Positions 1 to 10,069 of a DNA stretch of 64,000 nt are shown here, one piece after another. The stretch is from an uncultured Actinomycetes bacterium. Lineage in GTDB: Bacteria; Actinomycetota; Thermoleophilia; RBG-16-64-13. The DNA lies in NCBI GenBank assembly GCA_963706025.1, contig CAVPLM010000005.1, positions 1,024,001-1,088,000 on the forward strand, read 5' to 3'. The position numbers and the translations under genes are program-made. Below the pieces are notes generated by a model, which made no database searches, had not been told where the DNA came from, and saw only the letters and a program-made list of their open reading frames with translations. Each line of letters starts with the position of its first letter. Position 1 is the first letter of the stretch.

Positions 1-247
1 CCGTCCGCTCTGGAGCGCTATCTTCCCAAGCGTAGAGTAGGGGCGCCGGCGACAAGGATAGTGACCGGACAGCGGCTGATGCAGGCAACGAACGACATAT
101 TCCTCGGCCTACATCGGGACCGGCGACCGGTTCGCGCAGGCGATCGCGGACTTCGCCGTCATTTACGCCGACCAGACCGAGAAGGACCATCAGGCGCTCC
201 AGAAAGCCATAGAATCGGGCCGGATCGCGGCCGAGACCGGGATCTGA
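1..247 (+). pseudogene. 3' part of a DUF2252-family gene, with an apparent internal deletion and frameshift
   Basis: Frame 1 reads PSALERYL..RIVTGQRLMQATNDIFLG. After ~108 another frame reads AYIGTGDRFAQAIADFAVIYADQTEKDHQALQKAIESGRI*, with TGA at 245-247. Both are DUF2252 C-terminal motifs, but the segment normally between them (YVRQL...LARAHARS) is absent. Truncated by the window edge. Confidence 0.7.
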
Positions 248-260
248 CCGGGCGCCGGGC

Positions 261-289
261 TTGCAGGCGAAGGTTCACGTGCGTAAACT
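261..289 (+). promoter_or_regulatory. Putative sigma70 promoter of the ppk1 operon
   Basis: TTGCAG-N17-TAAACT upstream of the ppk1 RBS. Confidence 0.5.
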
Positions 290-358
290 CGCGTCTTGCG
301 GCAAGAATGCCGCCTTCCAGGCCTATCCCAGGCGTCCAGGAAGAAAAGGAGAGTCGAG

Positions 359-2608
359 TTGGAGACTACCGATCAGGTGAATCCTCAGACGGCGACTGAC
401 CAGAACACCGAGCCCGAGCCGGATCGGCAGAGCCCGGCGGCGAGCGACACCGATGCCAAAGTGGTCGACCTGACCAGCCCATCACTGCTCGTCAACCGGG
501 AGATAAGCCAGCTGCGCTTCTTCGACAGAGTGCTGGAAGAGGCGGAGGACGAATCGGTCCCTCTTCTTGAGCGGATCAAGTTCCTCAGCATCTTGGGCTC
601 GATCATGTCCGAGTTCTTCATGGTGAGAGTGGCCGGCCTCAAGCAGCAGGTCGCGGCCGGCGTCACCTCACGCTCGCCCGATGGGCTGACTCCGAGCGAG
701 CAACTGGCCGCCATCCGGCCCATGGTCCAACGCTTGATGGACGGCGCTCGCAGCTGCTTCCACCAGGTTCTTGACGAACTCGGCCAAGAGGGCATGTGCA
801 TCGTCGACTACGAGATGTTGGATGAGGATCAGAAGGCCAGGGCACAGTCCTACTTCCAGGACAATATCTTCCCGGTCCTCACCCCCCTGGCCTACGATCC
901 CTCGCGGCCCTTCCCCTTCATTTCGAACATGAGCCTGAACCTCGCCGTCATTGTGAAGGATGATGATGGGAACGAGAGGTTCGCCCGTGTGAAGGTGCCG
1001 AGCACCTTGCCGCGACTGATCCCGGTTTCGGCGCAGGCCGACGCTACCGGCCCAGGGCAGCGAGCCCGGCGACCGCGTTCGAACAAAGGAGACGGCGGAG
1101 TCCCCCGGGGGGAGAGTGAAGGCGCCTGCCTGGTCTGGCTCGAGCAGGTTGTTGCCGCTTACTTGGCCGAGCTGTTCCCGGGTCTGGAGATCGTCGACTC
1201 GCACCTCTTCCGCGTCACCCGCGATGCCGACATCGAGATCCAGGAGCTGGAAGCGTCGGATCTGCTCGAGACGGTGGAGTACTTCGTCCGCCGCAGACGT
1301 TTTGGTTCGGTGGTGAGGCTCGTCATCGACCAGCGGATGCCCGAGTACATCCAGTCCATCCTCACCAAGAACCTCCGGGTCGGCCCAGAGGATGTATATC
1401 AGGTCGATCTTCCACTCGCGATGAGCAACCTGGGTACCCTTTACGGCCACAACCGGCCCGATCTCAAGGATTTCTCGTTCGTCCCCAGGGACCCTGTCGG
1501 CCTGGAAGAAGTGGAGGGAACCGGTGTCTTCGCTTCCATCAGGCGACAGGACATCTTGTTGCATCATCCGTTCGAGTCGTTCGAGCCGGTCGTTGAGTTC
1601 CTGGAGACGGCCGCCTGCGACCCGGACGTGCTGGCGATCAAGCAGACCCTCTACAGGGTGGGACGCAACTCCCCCGTGGTCGCCGCTCTACTCGAAGCGG
1701 CTCGCAACGGGAAAGAGGTCGCGGTGCTGGTGGAACTCAAAGCGCGCTTTGACGAAGAGAGCAACATCGAGTGGGCCAGAGCGCTCGAGCGAGAAGGAGT
1801 GCACGTCGTCTACGGACCGCTGAAGATGAAGGTCCACTCCAAGACGACGCTTGTCGTGCGCCGGGAGGGAGATGAGATCCGCCGCTACGTCCACCTGTCG
1901 ACAGGGAACTACAACGCGGTGACCGCGCTGCAGTACACAGACCTGGGGTTCTTCACCTGCAAGGAGGAGTTCGGCGAGGACGCAAGCGACCTGTTCAACT
2001 ACCTGACCGGCTATTCGAAGCATCAGGAATACCGCAAGCTGATCGTCGCTCCTTTCAGCCTGCGTGGACGGATGGAAGCCCTCATCAGGAGAGAGATGGC
2101 GTTCGCGGAGCGGGGAGAAGAAGCCCGGCTGATCTTCAAGATCAATTCGTTGGTCGACAGGAGGATGATCGCCCTGCTTTACGAGGCTTCACGGGCAGGC
2201 GTGAAATGCGACCTTCTCGTGCGCGGGATCTGTTGCCTCCGCCCAGGAGTACCCGGGGTGAGCGACAACATCACGGTGAAAAGCATCGTCGGCCGGTTCC
2301 TGGAGCACAGCCGTATCTATCACTTCCTCAACGGCGGTGCTGAGGAGTGCTACCTGGGCAGCGCCGACCTCATGCCCAGGAATATCGAGCGCAGAGTCGA
2401 GGTCCTTTTCCCGGTCGAGGATCCGGCGCTCGTCCGCCGGCTGCGCCGCGAGATCCTCGAGACCTATATGCGGGACAACATGAAGGCGCGGATCATGCTG
2501 CCGGACGGACAATACGAACGCGCCTATCGTTCGCCGGACGAACAGGCTGTCGGTAGTCAGGAATGGTTCATCCTGAACGGGTCCCAGCAGAGCGGCCAGG
2601 TCTGGTAG
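359..2608 (+). CDS. ppk1: Polyphosphate kinase 1
   Basis: Motifs NREISQLRF, EFFMVRVAGL, ILLHHPFESF, ELKARFDEESNI, GRFLEHSRI, SADLMPRN. TTG start at 359 follows AAAGGAG. Confidence 0.97.
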   Translation: METTDQVNPQTATDQNTEPEPDRQSPAASDTDAKVVDLTSPSLLVNREISQLRFFDRVLEEAEDESVPLLERIKFLSILGSIMSEFFMVRVAGLKQQVAAGVTSRSPDGLTPSEQLAAIRPMVQRLMDGARSCFHQVLDELGQEGMCIVDYEMLDEDQKARAQSYFQDNIFPVLTPLAYDPSRPFPFISNMSLNLAVIVKDDDGNERFARVKVPSTLPRLIPVSAQADATGPGQRARRPRSNKGDGGVPRGESEGACLVWLEQVVAAYLAELFPGLEIVDSHLFRVTRDADIEIQELEASDLLETVEYFVRRRRFGSVVRLVIDQRMPEYIQSILTKNLRVGPEDVYQVDLPLAMSNLGTLYGHNRPDLKDFSFVPRDPVGLEEVEGTGVFASIRRQDILLHHPFESFEPVVEFLETAACDPDVLAIKQTLYRVGRNSPVVAALLEAARNGKEVAVLVELKARFDEESNIEWARALEREGVHVVYGPLKMKVHSKTTLVVRREGDEIRRYVHLSTGNYNAVTALQYTDLGFFTCKEEFGEDASDLFNYLTGYSKHQEYRKLIVAPFSLRGRMEALIRREMAFAERGEEARLIFKINSLVDRRMIALLYEASRAGVKCDLLVRGICCLRPGVPGVSDNITVKSIVGRFLEHSRIYHFLNGGAEECYLGSADLMPRNIERRVEVLFPVEDPALVRRLRREILETYMRDNMKARIMLPDGQYERAYRSPDEQAVGSQEWFILNGSQQSGQVW

Positions 2609-2671
2609 TCGAGGTCCGACCAAGTCGGCCCACGCATCGGGAGCCGACCTTGGGGCTCAGAAAGGACAGCC

Positions 2672-3148
2672 GTGGAACTGTATTTCTTGAGACACGCGAA
2701 AGCCGTGTCACGCGCCGTCTGGGATCGTGACGACTCGGAGCGCCCGCTCACCGAACAAGGATGCGAGCAGGCGGCACGCGTGGCCGGCTTCATCGCCAGA
2801 CTCGGCCTCGCGATCGATGCTATCGTGAGCAGCCCGTACAAACGCGCCTACGAGACCGCCGACATCATGGCCCAGCACCTGAACATGCGGGACAGACTCG
2901 TCTCAGACGAACGCGTGGCTCCAGGCTTCCACCTGGAGGAGCTCGCCGACATCCTGCAAGACCATCCCGATGCAGGGGCAGCCATGTTCGTGGGCCATGA
3001 GCCCGACCTTTCCGACATCGTCGCCCAGCTTGTGGGGGGCCGGGTCGTTTTCAAGAAGGGGGGAATAGCGTACGTTGAATGTGCTGACGCGTCTCTCAAG
3101 AAGGCTACGCTCGTTTGGCTGGTTCAGCCGTCGGCCCTGGGGGTCTGA
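2672..3148 (+). CDS. sixA: SixA-type phosphohistidine phosphatase
   Basis: RHAKA, D..RPLT..G, SSPYKRA.ET and VGHEP motifs; lies in the ppk operon. Confidence 0.9.
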   Translation: MELYFLRHAKAVSRAVWDRDDSERPLTEQGCEQAARVAGFIARLGLAIDAIVSSPYKRAYETADIMAQHLNMRDRLVSDERVAPGFHLEELADILQDHPDAGAAMFVGHEPDLSDIVAQLVGGRVVFKKGGIAYVECADASLKKATLVWLVQPSALGV

Positions 3149-3149
3149 G

Positions 3150-4954
3150 ATGGAGATCGAAGCGAAATTCCGGGCTCCAGACGCAGACATGCTGGAGCGG
3201 TTGGGTGAAGCCACGCATCTGGCTGGATATCCGATCTTTGCCGGACGCACGGAGCAGTTGAGCGACACCTACTTGGACACAGAGCGTTGGCAGATGTTAA
3301 CGGCGGGTTACGCCTGCCGCCGACGCCTGGTCGAAGACCATATCCTCATCTCGGTGAAACAGGTCCTCAGCCCCGAAGACGTGGTGCATCGGCGCGAGGA
3401 ACTCCAGGTAGACCTTGCTGCGGATGTCCCTCCTTCGGAGTGGCCGGAGAGTGAGGCGCGGACCAGGGTCCTGGAGATCATAGGCGATCAGCCTCTGATC
3501 GAGATGCTCTCTCTCCGCCAGACCCGCTCGACCCGCTGGGTGGGCACGATCGACCGTCCGCTGGCCGAGATCAGCCTCGATGAAGTGAATCTGGAGCCGT
3601 CGGGGACTGTCTACCACGAGGTGGAAGTGGAGCTCATGCAGGCCGGCACGGAAGCCGACTTGGCCGCCCTGGTGGGCGAGCTGCGGACCGAGTGGTCGTT
3701 GGAGCCCGAGCCTCTGTCGAAATTCGAGAGGGCCTTCGCGGCCTCAGGGCACGGTCCTGTCCCCGAAGCCGCACAAGAAGCTCCGGAGGACGTCTCCGAG
3801 GTCGTCAGCGAGACGCCGCCCGCAGAGGTGGACGAGACGCCGCCCGTAGAGGTGGACGAGACGCCGCCCGCAGAGGTGGACAGACGCCGCCCGAAGAGGT
3901 CGCTGAACCGGCAACCGGGCGCACGCGCAGAAAGGACCGCCGCGGACGATTCCTTGGGGACGGCCTCGAAACCCTGACGAAACCCGGTCTCAGCGCCGAT
4001 GACGCCATGAGCGCGGCGGCCAACAAGCTCCTGCTCTTCCACCTCCAGCGGATGATGATGCACGAGCCGGGCACACGCGACGGGGAGGACGCGGAAGAAC
4101 TGCACGACATGAGGGTGGCGACCCGGCGGATGCGAGCGGCGTTGCGAGTGTTCGCCGACTATCTGGACTCCGCTGAATACAAGCCATTCCTGCGGCTCGT
4201 GCGCAAGACCGGCCGCGAGTTGGGCGCCGTCCGCGATCTCGATGTCTTCCGGATAAAGACACAGCTCTACATCGATTCCCTACCCCCTGAGGAGCAGTCG
4301 GGGCTCGACCCACTCATGCAAGCGTGGGCCGGGGAGCGGGAAAGGGCCCGCGGGGAATTGATCGAATACCTCGACAGCGATCGCTACCAGCGTTTCAAGG
4401 AGAAGTTCGAGCACTTTCTCCGTACCCCCGGCGCTGGTGCCGGGCCCGCCTTCGGAGCAGCCGGGGAGCCGCTTCCCACCCTGGTAGGCGACGTGCTCCC
4501 CGCGATCCTTTTCGAACGACTGTCCGGCGTGAGGGCTTTCGACCAGGTGATCACCCAGCCCGATGCCCCCCTGTCCCGTTTCCACGAGCTCCGCATAGCC
4601 AGCAAGGGACTCCGCTACACGCTGGAGTTCTTCCAGGAAGTGCTGGGGCCCGACAGCAAGCCGCTGATCGAGACGACGAAGGTCGTCCAGGACCACCTGG
4701 GAGACCTGCAAGATGCCGTGGTCACCTGCGACGTGTTGCTGGGTTTCCTTGGATCGGGCACCTGGGGACCGCCGCGTCTGACCAGGAAGGAGGGCCGCTC
4801 GCCGTTCCCGGTGAACGCTCCCGGGGTGGCCGCGTTTCTCGCCGTGAAGCAGACGGAGATCGAGACACTCATGGGGACCTTCGGACCGGTCTGGGACGAG
4901 ATCCGGTCCTCGAAGTTCAGCCAGCCGCTTTCCTCACTCCTCGGGGCTCTCTGA
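3150..4954 (+). CDS. CYTH-CHAD domain fusion protein, split by a 1-nt deletion at ~3882
   Basis: N-terminal MEIEAKF...DTYLDT...EVEVEL...SKFERA (CYTH). C-terminal ELHDMRVATRRMR, HELRIASKGLRY, QDHLGDLQD (CHAD). Restoring a G in the fourth copy of the 24-bp linker repeat joins the two frames. Confidence 0.85.
3810..3901 (+). repeat. 24-bp tandem repeat (about 3.8 copies) encoding the ETPP(A/V/E)EVD linker
   Basis: GAGACGCCGCCCG(C/T)AGAGGTGGAC at 3810, 3834 and 3858; partial copy at 3882 lacks the first G. Confidence 0.95.
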
Positions 4955-6581
4955 CCGCGACCGGTAGGAACTCGATCGCCGAAGTGGACGGGCAAGGATG
5001 GGAGGATCCATCGACCTCGACCGTCAGCCTGCGGCCAAGAGCCTTCTCGACTGCTTTCGCCCGGGTTTCGATGCCCCAAAGTTCGAGCTGACCGTCCCCG
5101 CTCAGCTCTAACTGGAGAACCAGCCCCTTGGGGTCCAGGGCGCTCAGGCGCGCGTGTTTGACCACTCTCTGGTGGCTCCGGTCAAGGCCCTCCACCAAGC
5201 GGACGATCAAGCTGAGCCAGCCCACCAGCCTGCGCGCATCCTTGTCCAGCGAAGCATAGCCGGGTTTCTTGGCGCTGGGGAGTCCCTTGCGATGGAATAG
5301 TGCGGTCAGAGCCATGATCTCGATCTCCTGCTGATAGAAGCCGAGGAGATCGGCGTTACGGATCAGGTAATAGGAGTGCAGGTGGTGGTTGCCGTAAGAG
5401 AGGAAGGAACCGACGTCATGCAAAAGGGCGCCGTGGAAGAGGAGCTCGCGCTCCCACTCGCCATACTCGTGCAGACCGGCGTCACGAGCGCTGTCGAAGA
5501 GCTCGAGGGCGAGCCTTACTGCGTTACGCGCGTGCAACTCGTCGAAGTTGCAGGTCCGCCCCAGCTGAAGAACGCTTCGTTCTCGCACGGATAGCCGCTC
5601 CACATCATGGGAGCCCTGAGCCAGGTAATCCACCAGCATGCCTTCCCGGAGGCCCCCCTCGCGGATCACCCGGATCTCGGAAAAGCCCAATTCTTCGAGA
5701 AGCGTCTCCAGGATGGCCGCCCCACTGACGATGATGTCCGCTCGGTCCGGGTTGAGCCCGGAAACTCGACGGCGCTCGTCGAGAGTCATCGCGCAGAGCA
5801 TCGCCGATACCCGGCGAAGATCCGCTAGGGTGAGGAGATCCTCGCTTCCTTGAGCTCCGCGGGCCAGCGCGCGTGCCGCAACGGACGCCAGATTCTGGAT
5901 CGTCCCTGAACTGCCGAAGGCCATATCGGTGCCCAGCCGTCTCACGTGTTGCGTGGTGTGGATGGCCGCGTGACGAACGTGCTGCCGGAGCATCTGATAA
6001 CGCTCTGGAGAGACCGGCAGCGTCTCGTCCGCGCTCAGCAGTCTCGCCGTGAGTCTCACCGCACCTACACCGATCGAGTCCAGGTACTCGTACTGGTGCT
6101 GTCCACCGACGACGACCTCTGTGCTGCCGCCCCCGATATCCAGAAAGACAGCTTTCATGCTGCCAAGATGGACGAACTGGGTCAAACCCGAGTAGATCAA
6201 GCGCGCCTCCTCCCTACCCGAGATGACGTGCACCTGAAGACCCGCTTCCTCTCTCAACCGCCGTAGGAACTCCTCCTTATTGACGGCCTCCCTCGTCGCC
6301 GAGGTGGCTACGGCCACGATCTCCTCTGCCCCGTGGGATCTCGCCAGCTCGACGAAGCGACGGCAAACGAGCACGGCCCGGTCGATGGGGTGGGGCTGCA
6401 GCTTCCGGTCGACGAACTCACCCTCCCCCAGCCGCACCGCCTCCCGTTGGGCCGTCACGACCGAATAGGAGTGGTTGGGAACGAGCCGGGCGACCAACAG
6501 GCGGATCGCGTTGGTGCCGATGTCGATGAAGCCGACCGTCCGGCTCACGGCTGCTTTGGACGTGATTCCTTGCTTGTCCAC
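4917..6581 (-). CDS. ppx: Ppx/GppA exopolyphosphatase with HD domain
   Basis: IDIGTNAIRL, VATSATREA.N, ISGREEARL, DIGGGSTEV, GLREG, LLHDVG. Confidence 0.95.
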   Translation of the reverse strand: MDKQGITSKAAVSRTVGFIDIGTNAIRLLVARLVPNHSYSVVTAQREAVRLGEGEFVDRKLQPHPIDRAVLVCRRFVELARSHGAEEIVAVATSATREAVNKEEFLRRLREEAGLQVHVISGREEARLIYSGLTQFVHLGSMKAVFLDIGGGSTEVVVGGQHQYEYLDSIGVGAVRLTARLLSADETLPVSPERYQMLRQHVRHAAIHTTQHVRRLGTDMAFGSSGTIQNLASVAARALARGAQGSEDLLTLADLRRVSAMLCAMTLDERRRVSGLNPDRADIIVSGAAILETLLEELGFSEIRVIREGGLREGMLVDYLAQGSHDVERLSVRERSVLQLGRTCNFDELHARNAVRLALELFDSARDAGLHEYGEWERELLFHGALLHDVGSFLSYGNHHLHSYYLIRNADLLGFYQQEIEIMALTALFHRKGLPSAKKPGYASLDKDARRLVGWLSLIVRLVEGLDRSHQRVVKHARLSALDPKGLVLQLELSGDGQLELWGIETRAKAVEKALGRRLTVEVDGSSHPCPSTSAIEFLPVAVREPRGVRKAAG

Positions 6582-6801
6582 GTCTCCCCTTCCTCCCGAT
6601 ATCGGCAGAAGGGACTTTGCAGCAAAAGACGCATTCCTGTGTTACAAAAGGGAAAAAACCTTGGAAAGATGTAGTTAACCCGGGCGTAGGCCCCGGCGGT
6701 TTTCGGACCGGATGTCTGTTGTCGGCCCGGGGCTTCGTTTGAACCGGCGGCTCCGCTGGAACTTATGCAGAGAAAGGTCATCTGATCAGGGCGGAGGACG
6801 C

Positions 6802-7182
6802 ATGAGCGGCGAAAAGCACTTCACTGCAGCAGAGGCGGCTGCGATCGGTGAGGAATTGGGCATCGACTGGAAGCACTTCGATGTCGAGCAGTTCCGCATG
6901 GGGATGGACGTGGAGCTGGAGCATGGACTGGTCGATCCGGAGACAAACGTCTCGCAGGACGATTCACTCGTGACCGGCAAGATCGCGCTGGCCCATTTGC
7001 GGGAATTCCCGGACTACTACGACCGCCTGGAAGCGATGGAAGTGGAGGCTGACGCCTTCTGGGCAGACGCCCAAGGCTCAGAGGCCGGGCAGTCCGCGGT
7101 GTGTTCTGACGAACAGCGCGAGGAAGGCCCAGAACAAGAGAGTTGCCCTACTGAGAGCTCGAGCACGAAGGAGAACAAAGTC
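6802..7182 (+). CDS. DUF5661-like domain plus acidic linker, in frame with the encapsulin (no stop codon)
   Basis: GGAGG RBS and ATG at 6802. FTAAEAAAIGEELGIDW..FDVEQFRMGMDVELEHG..DPETNV..DD.LVTGKIALAHL.EFPDYY.RL..ME is the pattern I recognise as DUF5661. Confidence 0.8.
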
Positions 7183-7989
7183 ATGTCCGACTACCTGCAG
7201 AGAGAGGACGCGCCCTTCGGCAGCGAGGTATGGGAGCTCCTCGACTCCACCGTGGCCGGGGTTGCGATGAGCCAGTTGGCGGTGCGCCGCATCGTGGAGA
7301 CCGTAGGTCCCTATGGCTACGGATTCAAGCAGCTCCCCGGGAGTGACGAAGTGGTGGCCCAACAGGACGGCGTGAGCATCGCGGCCAGCCGGGCGATACC
7401 CGTCGTCGAGTTGTCGGCGAGTTTCGTCCTTCCTCGACGAGATCTTGCTGCGTTCAAGGCCACCCGGGTCAATCCGGACCTGGGACCGGCCGTGAAGGCG
7501 GCGTTGGCCATGGCCGCTCAAGAGGACCGGATCCTGCTTGAAGGTTCGAAGAAGAACGCCGCCACGGGTCTGACCAATACGGAGGGCATCTGCAAGGTGC
7601 CGCTCAGCGACTGGACGAAGGTCGGAGCGGCTGCGGACAACCTTATCGAAGCCGTGTCCGCTCTCGACAAGGCCGGTTTCCACGGGCCGTACACCCTCGC
7701 CATTGCTCCCGACAAATACAATCTTCTGTTCCGGAGGTACCCGCAGGCTGACGGGACCGAGCTCGAACACATACGCCAGCTGGTGACGGGTGGCATCGTC
7801 AAGGCGCCGGCTTTGAACTCCGGAGCGCTGCTTGTGGCTTCCGGTCCCCAGTATGTGGCCATCTTGGTCGGGCAGGATCTCCGGGTCGGTTTTGTCGGAC
7901 CGACCGCCGACCTCGGTTACGAGTTCACCCTGTCCGAGAGCTTCGCTCTCCAGGTATATGCGCCGGGCGCCGTCTGTCTGCTCAAATAG
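7183..7989 (+). CDS. Family 1 encapsulin shell protein (linocin M18 / HK97 fold), 268 aa from the internal start
   Basis: MSDYLQREDAPF..EVW..LD, RRIVETVGPYG, A.QEDRILLEG, GFHGPYTLAI, ILVGQDLRVGF, ESFALQV..P.AVC. GAAGGAG RBS precedes ATG 7183. Confidence 0.93.
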   Translation: MSDYLQREDAPFGSEVWELLDSTVAGVAMSQLAVRRIVETVGPYGYGFKQLPGSDEVVAQQDGVSIAASRAIPVVELSASFVLPRRDLAAFKATRVNPDLGPAVKAALAMAAQEDRILLEGSKKNAATGLTNTEGICKVPLSDWTKVGAAADNLIEAVSALDKAGFHGPYTLAIAPDKYNLLFRRYPQADGTELEHIRQLVTGGIVKAPALNSGALLVASGPQYVAILVGQDLRVGFVGPTADLGYEFTLSESFALQVYAPGAVCLLK

Positions 7990-8071
7990 GAGCTACACCC
8001 AGGGGCATACATCCGCGAGTGGATGCGCTCGAGCGGACGAGGCGAGGCTGAAGCTGACGAACTGGGTCTGG

Positions 8072-8113
8072 AACCCCGGCCGGCGCGCAGGTAGCGCCCG
8101 CCGGGGTCCGTTT
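8072..8113 (+). terminator. GC-rich hairpin after the encapsulin
   Basis: ACCCCGGC-CGGCGC-loop-GCGCCC-GCCGGGGT followed by CCGTTT. Confidence 0.45.
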
Positions 8114-8311
8114 CGGTTCCCCGGGAAGTCCGAGGTCTGGCGGACCAGAGTGACCCCCGCCCGGACGAAAGCGGAGACCCGGCCCTCGGAAACGCCTATA
8201 ATCAAGCGAGTCGGTCTCCCGGCGTCACCGGCAAGGCGACATGGCGACGCCGCCTGACCCCGCGGACACCAGTCCATCGCTGACCTAAACAGAGCACAAG
8301 GAGGACTGATC

Positions 8312-9367
8312 GTGCGGTGTGACCAGATGTCGTCACAGGAACGTTGGGAAGCTTTGGTCCGGGGGGACCCGCTAGACCGCGTGCCTTGCCTGCAGTTCAT
8401 CCTAGGCCACACGGCTGTAGTCAATGGCAAGCCCATCGCGAAGGTCTATGACGACGCGGCGGCAAGTCTCACCTGTCAGCGCAATGCCATGCAGATGTAC
8501 GGCCATGACGGCTTGATCTTGCACGGCTGGGCCAACGCCGGCGGCGCGGAGTTCGGAGGCGAGATCGAGTTCCCCTACCGTAAGTACACGGGTGCGCCCA
8601 TGATGAAGCGCAACCCGGTGCAGAACGAGGACGACGCCTGGAATCTGAAGGTACCTGAGGATCTCACCGCGGTGGGGACCATCCCGGTGGCCCTCGAGTT
8701 CTCCCGGCTGCAGTACGAAGCGGGGATGCCGGTGACGGTCCAAGTGGGCTCCCCCCTCACCTGGGCGGGTTCGGTGTGCGGCGAGGAACGGCTCATGCTC
8801 TGGATCATCAGGAAACCCGACCTGGTGCACCATGTGCTGAGAGTGATCACCGATTTCATCCTCCAGAAGTCCGACTATTGGATCAAGGAGTTCGGGGCGG
8901 AGCGCATCATGGCGTTCGACCTCTGCATCGAGACCAACAAGCTCTATTCCCCCAAGCAGTTCGAGACCTTCGCCTTCCCCTATCTGAAGGAGATCCACGG
9001 CCACCTTACCCAGCAGGGAGTGGGCATCTTCTTGAGTCACATCTGTGGGGAACAGAACAAGAACCTGCCCCTATGGTCCCAGCTCGCGTACGGGAAACGG
9101 GGCATGATCAGTGTGGGCAAAGAGGTCGCTCTCTCCACGGCGAGTGAAGCCTTCCCCAAGAACGTGATCATGGGCAACGTCGATCCGGTGACCGTGCAGG
9201 AGGGCACGCCGGAAGAGGTGCTTGCCCTCTGCAAGGACTGTATCGAAGAAGGCAAAGGCCATCCCGGCGGATACGCCCTCATGACCGGGTGTGAGGTGCC
9301 CCCTCAGGCGCCGCCGGTCAACGTAGGTCAGATGGTCACAGCCTGTCGCGAGTACGGACGCTACTAA
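8312..9367 (+). CDS. MtaA/CmuA (UROD-fold) corrinoid-dependent methyltransferase, copy 1
   Basis: ERWEAL..G...DRVP, GSPLTWA, Zn motif SHICG...GCEVP, MGNVDP. AAGGAGG RBS; TATAAT at 8197-8202. Confidence 0.88.
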   Translation: MRCDQMSSQERWEALVRGDPLDRVPCLQFILGHTAVVNGKPIAKVYDDAAASLTCQRNAMQMYGHDGLILHGWANAGGAEFGGEIEFPYRKYTGAPMMKRNPVQNEDDAWNLKVPEDLTAVGTIPVALEFSRLQYEAGMPVTVQVGSPLTWAGSVCGEERLMLWIIRKPDLVHHVLRVITDFILQKSDYWIKEFGAERIMAFDLCIETNKLYSPKQFETFAFPYLKEIHGHLTQQGVGIFLSHICGEQNKNLPLWSQLAYGKRGMISVGKEVALSTASEAFPKNVIMGNVDPVTVQEGTPEEVLALCKDCIEEGKGHPGGYALMTGCEVPPQAPPVNVGQMVTACREYGRY

Positions 9368-9412
9368 CTACCAGACTACGAGCCACCAGAAGCCAACAGG
9401 AGGTAGGGAATA

Positions 9413-10060
9413 ATGGCAGACGAGACCACCATCCTCGGGCAGCTCAAGCAGGCCGTCATGGACGGCGACGAGGAAGCGGCCGTGCGGGCGGCCGATGACG
9501 CGGTGGCCACCGGGATCGATCCCCAGAAAGCCATAATGGAGGGTCTGGCCGCCGGCATGGCCGAGATGGGCCGCCTCTACGAGGAGGGCGAGTGCTACGT
9601 GCCGGAGTTGATGGTGTCATCGGAGGCGCTCTACGCCGGCCTGGGCCTCCTGCGGCCACTGCTGGTGGGCTCCGCGGCCGGAGGTGAGAACAAGGGAGTG
9701 GTCGTGATCGGGGCGGTACAGGGTGACATCCACGACATCGGCAAGAACCTGGTCAAGATGATGCTGGAAGTGAACGGCTTCGAGATCCACGACCTGGGCA
9801 GGGACGTGCAGATGGAACTGTTCATCGAGGAGGCGCAACGGGTAGACGCCGACCTCTTATGCCTGTCGGCCCTGATGACCACCACCATCATCGCCATCAA
9901 GGACTTCATGCCGGAGTTCAAGACCAAGCTCCCCACCACCAAGATCATGATCGGGGGTGCGCCTCTCAACCAACAGTTGGCCGATGAATGGGGAGCCGAT
10001 GGCTACGGTGGCAACGCCATGGAGGCGGCCCGGGTCGCGCTCCGGCTGATGGGAACGTGA
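9413..10060 (+). CDS. Corrinoid (B12-binding) methyltransferase protein, MtaC/MtbC-like
   Basis: Cap domain (GLAAGM..MG.LYE.GE.YVPEL) plus GDIHDIGKNLV, DLGRDV, SALMTTT, IGGAP. Confidence 0.95.
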   Translation: MADETTILGQLKQAVMDGDEEAAVRAADDAVATGIDPQKAIMEGLAAGMAEMGRLYEEGECYVPELMVSSEALYAGLGLLRPLLVGSAAGGENKGVVVIGAVQGDIHDIGKNLVKMMLEVNGFEIHDLGRDVQMELFIEEAQRVDADLLCLSALMTTTIIAIKDFMPEFKTKLPTTKIMIGGAPLNQQLADEWGADGYGGNAMEAARVALRLMGT

Positions 10061-10069
10061 GGAGGCTCC

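Noticed and set aside
6641-6685. PHO-box-like GTTA repeats 33 bp apart upstream of ppx
   Set aside because: The intervening 11-mers do not match; too weak to support.
7990-8310. Cobalamin or other riboswitch upstream of the corrinoid operon
   Set aside because: No B12 box (GCCACUG...GGGAAG) or other aptamer consensus is seen; only generic hairpins.
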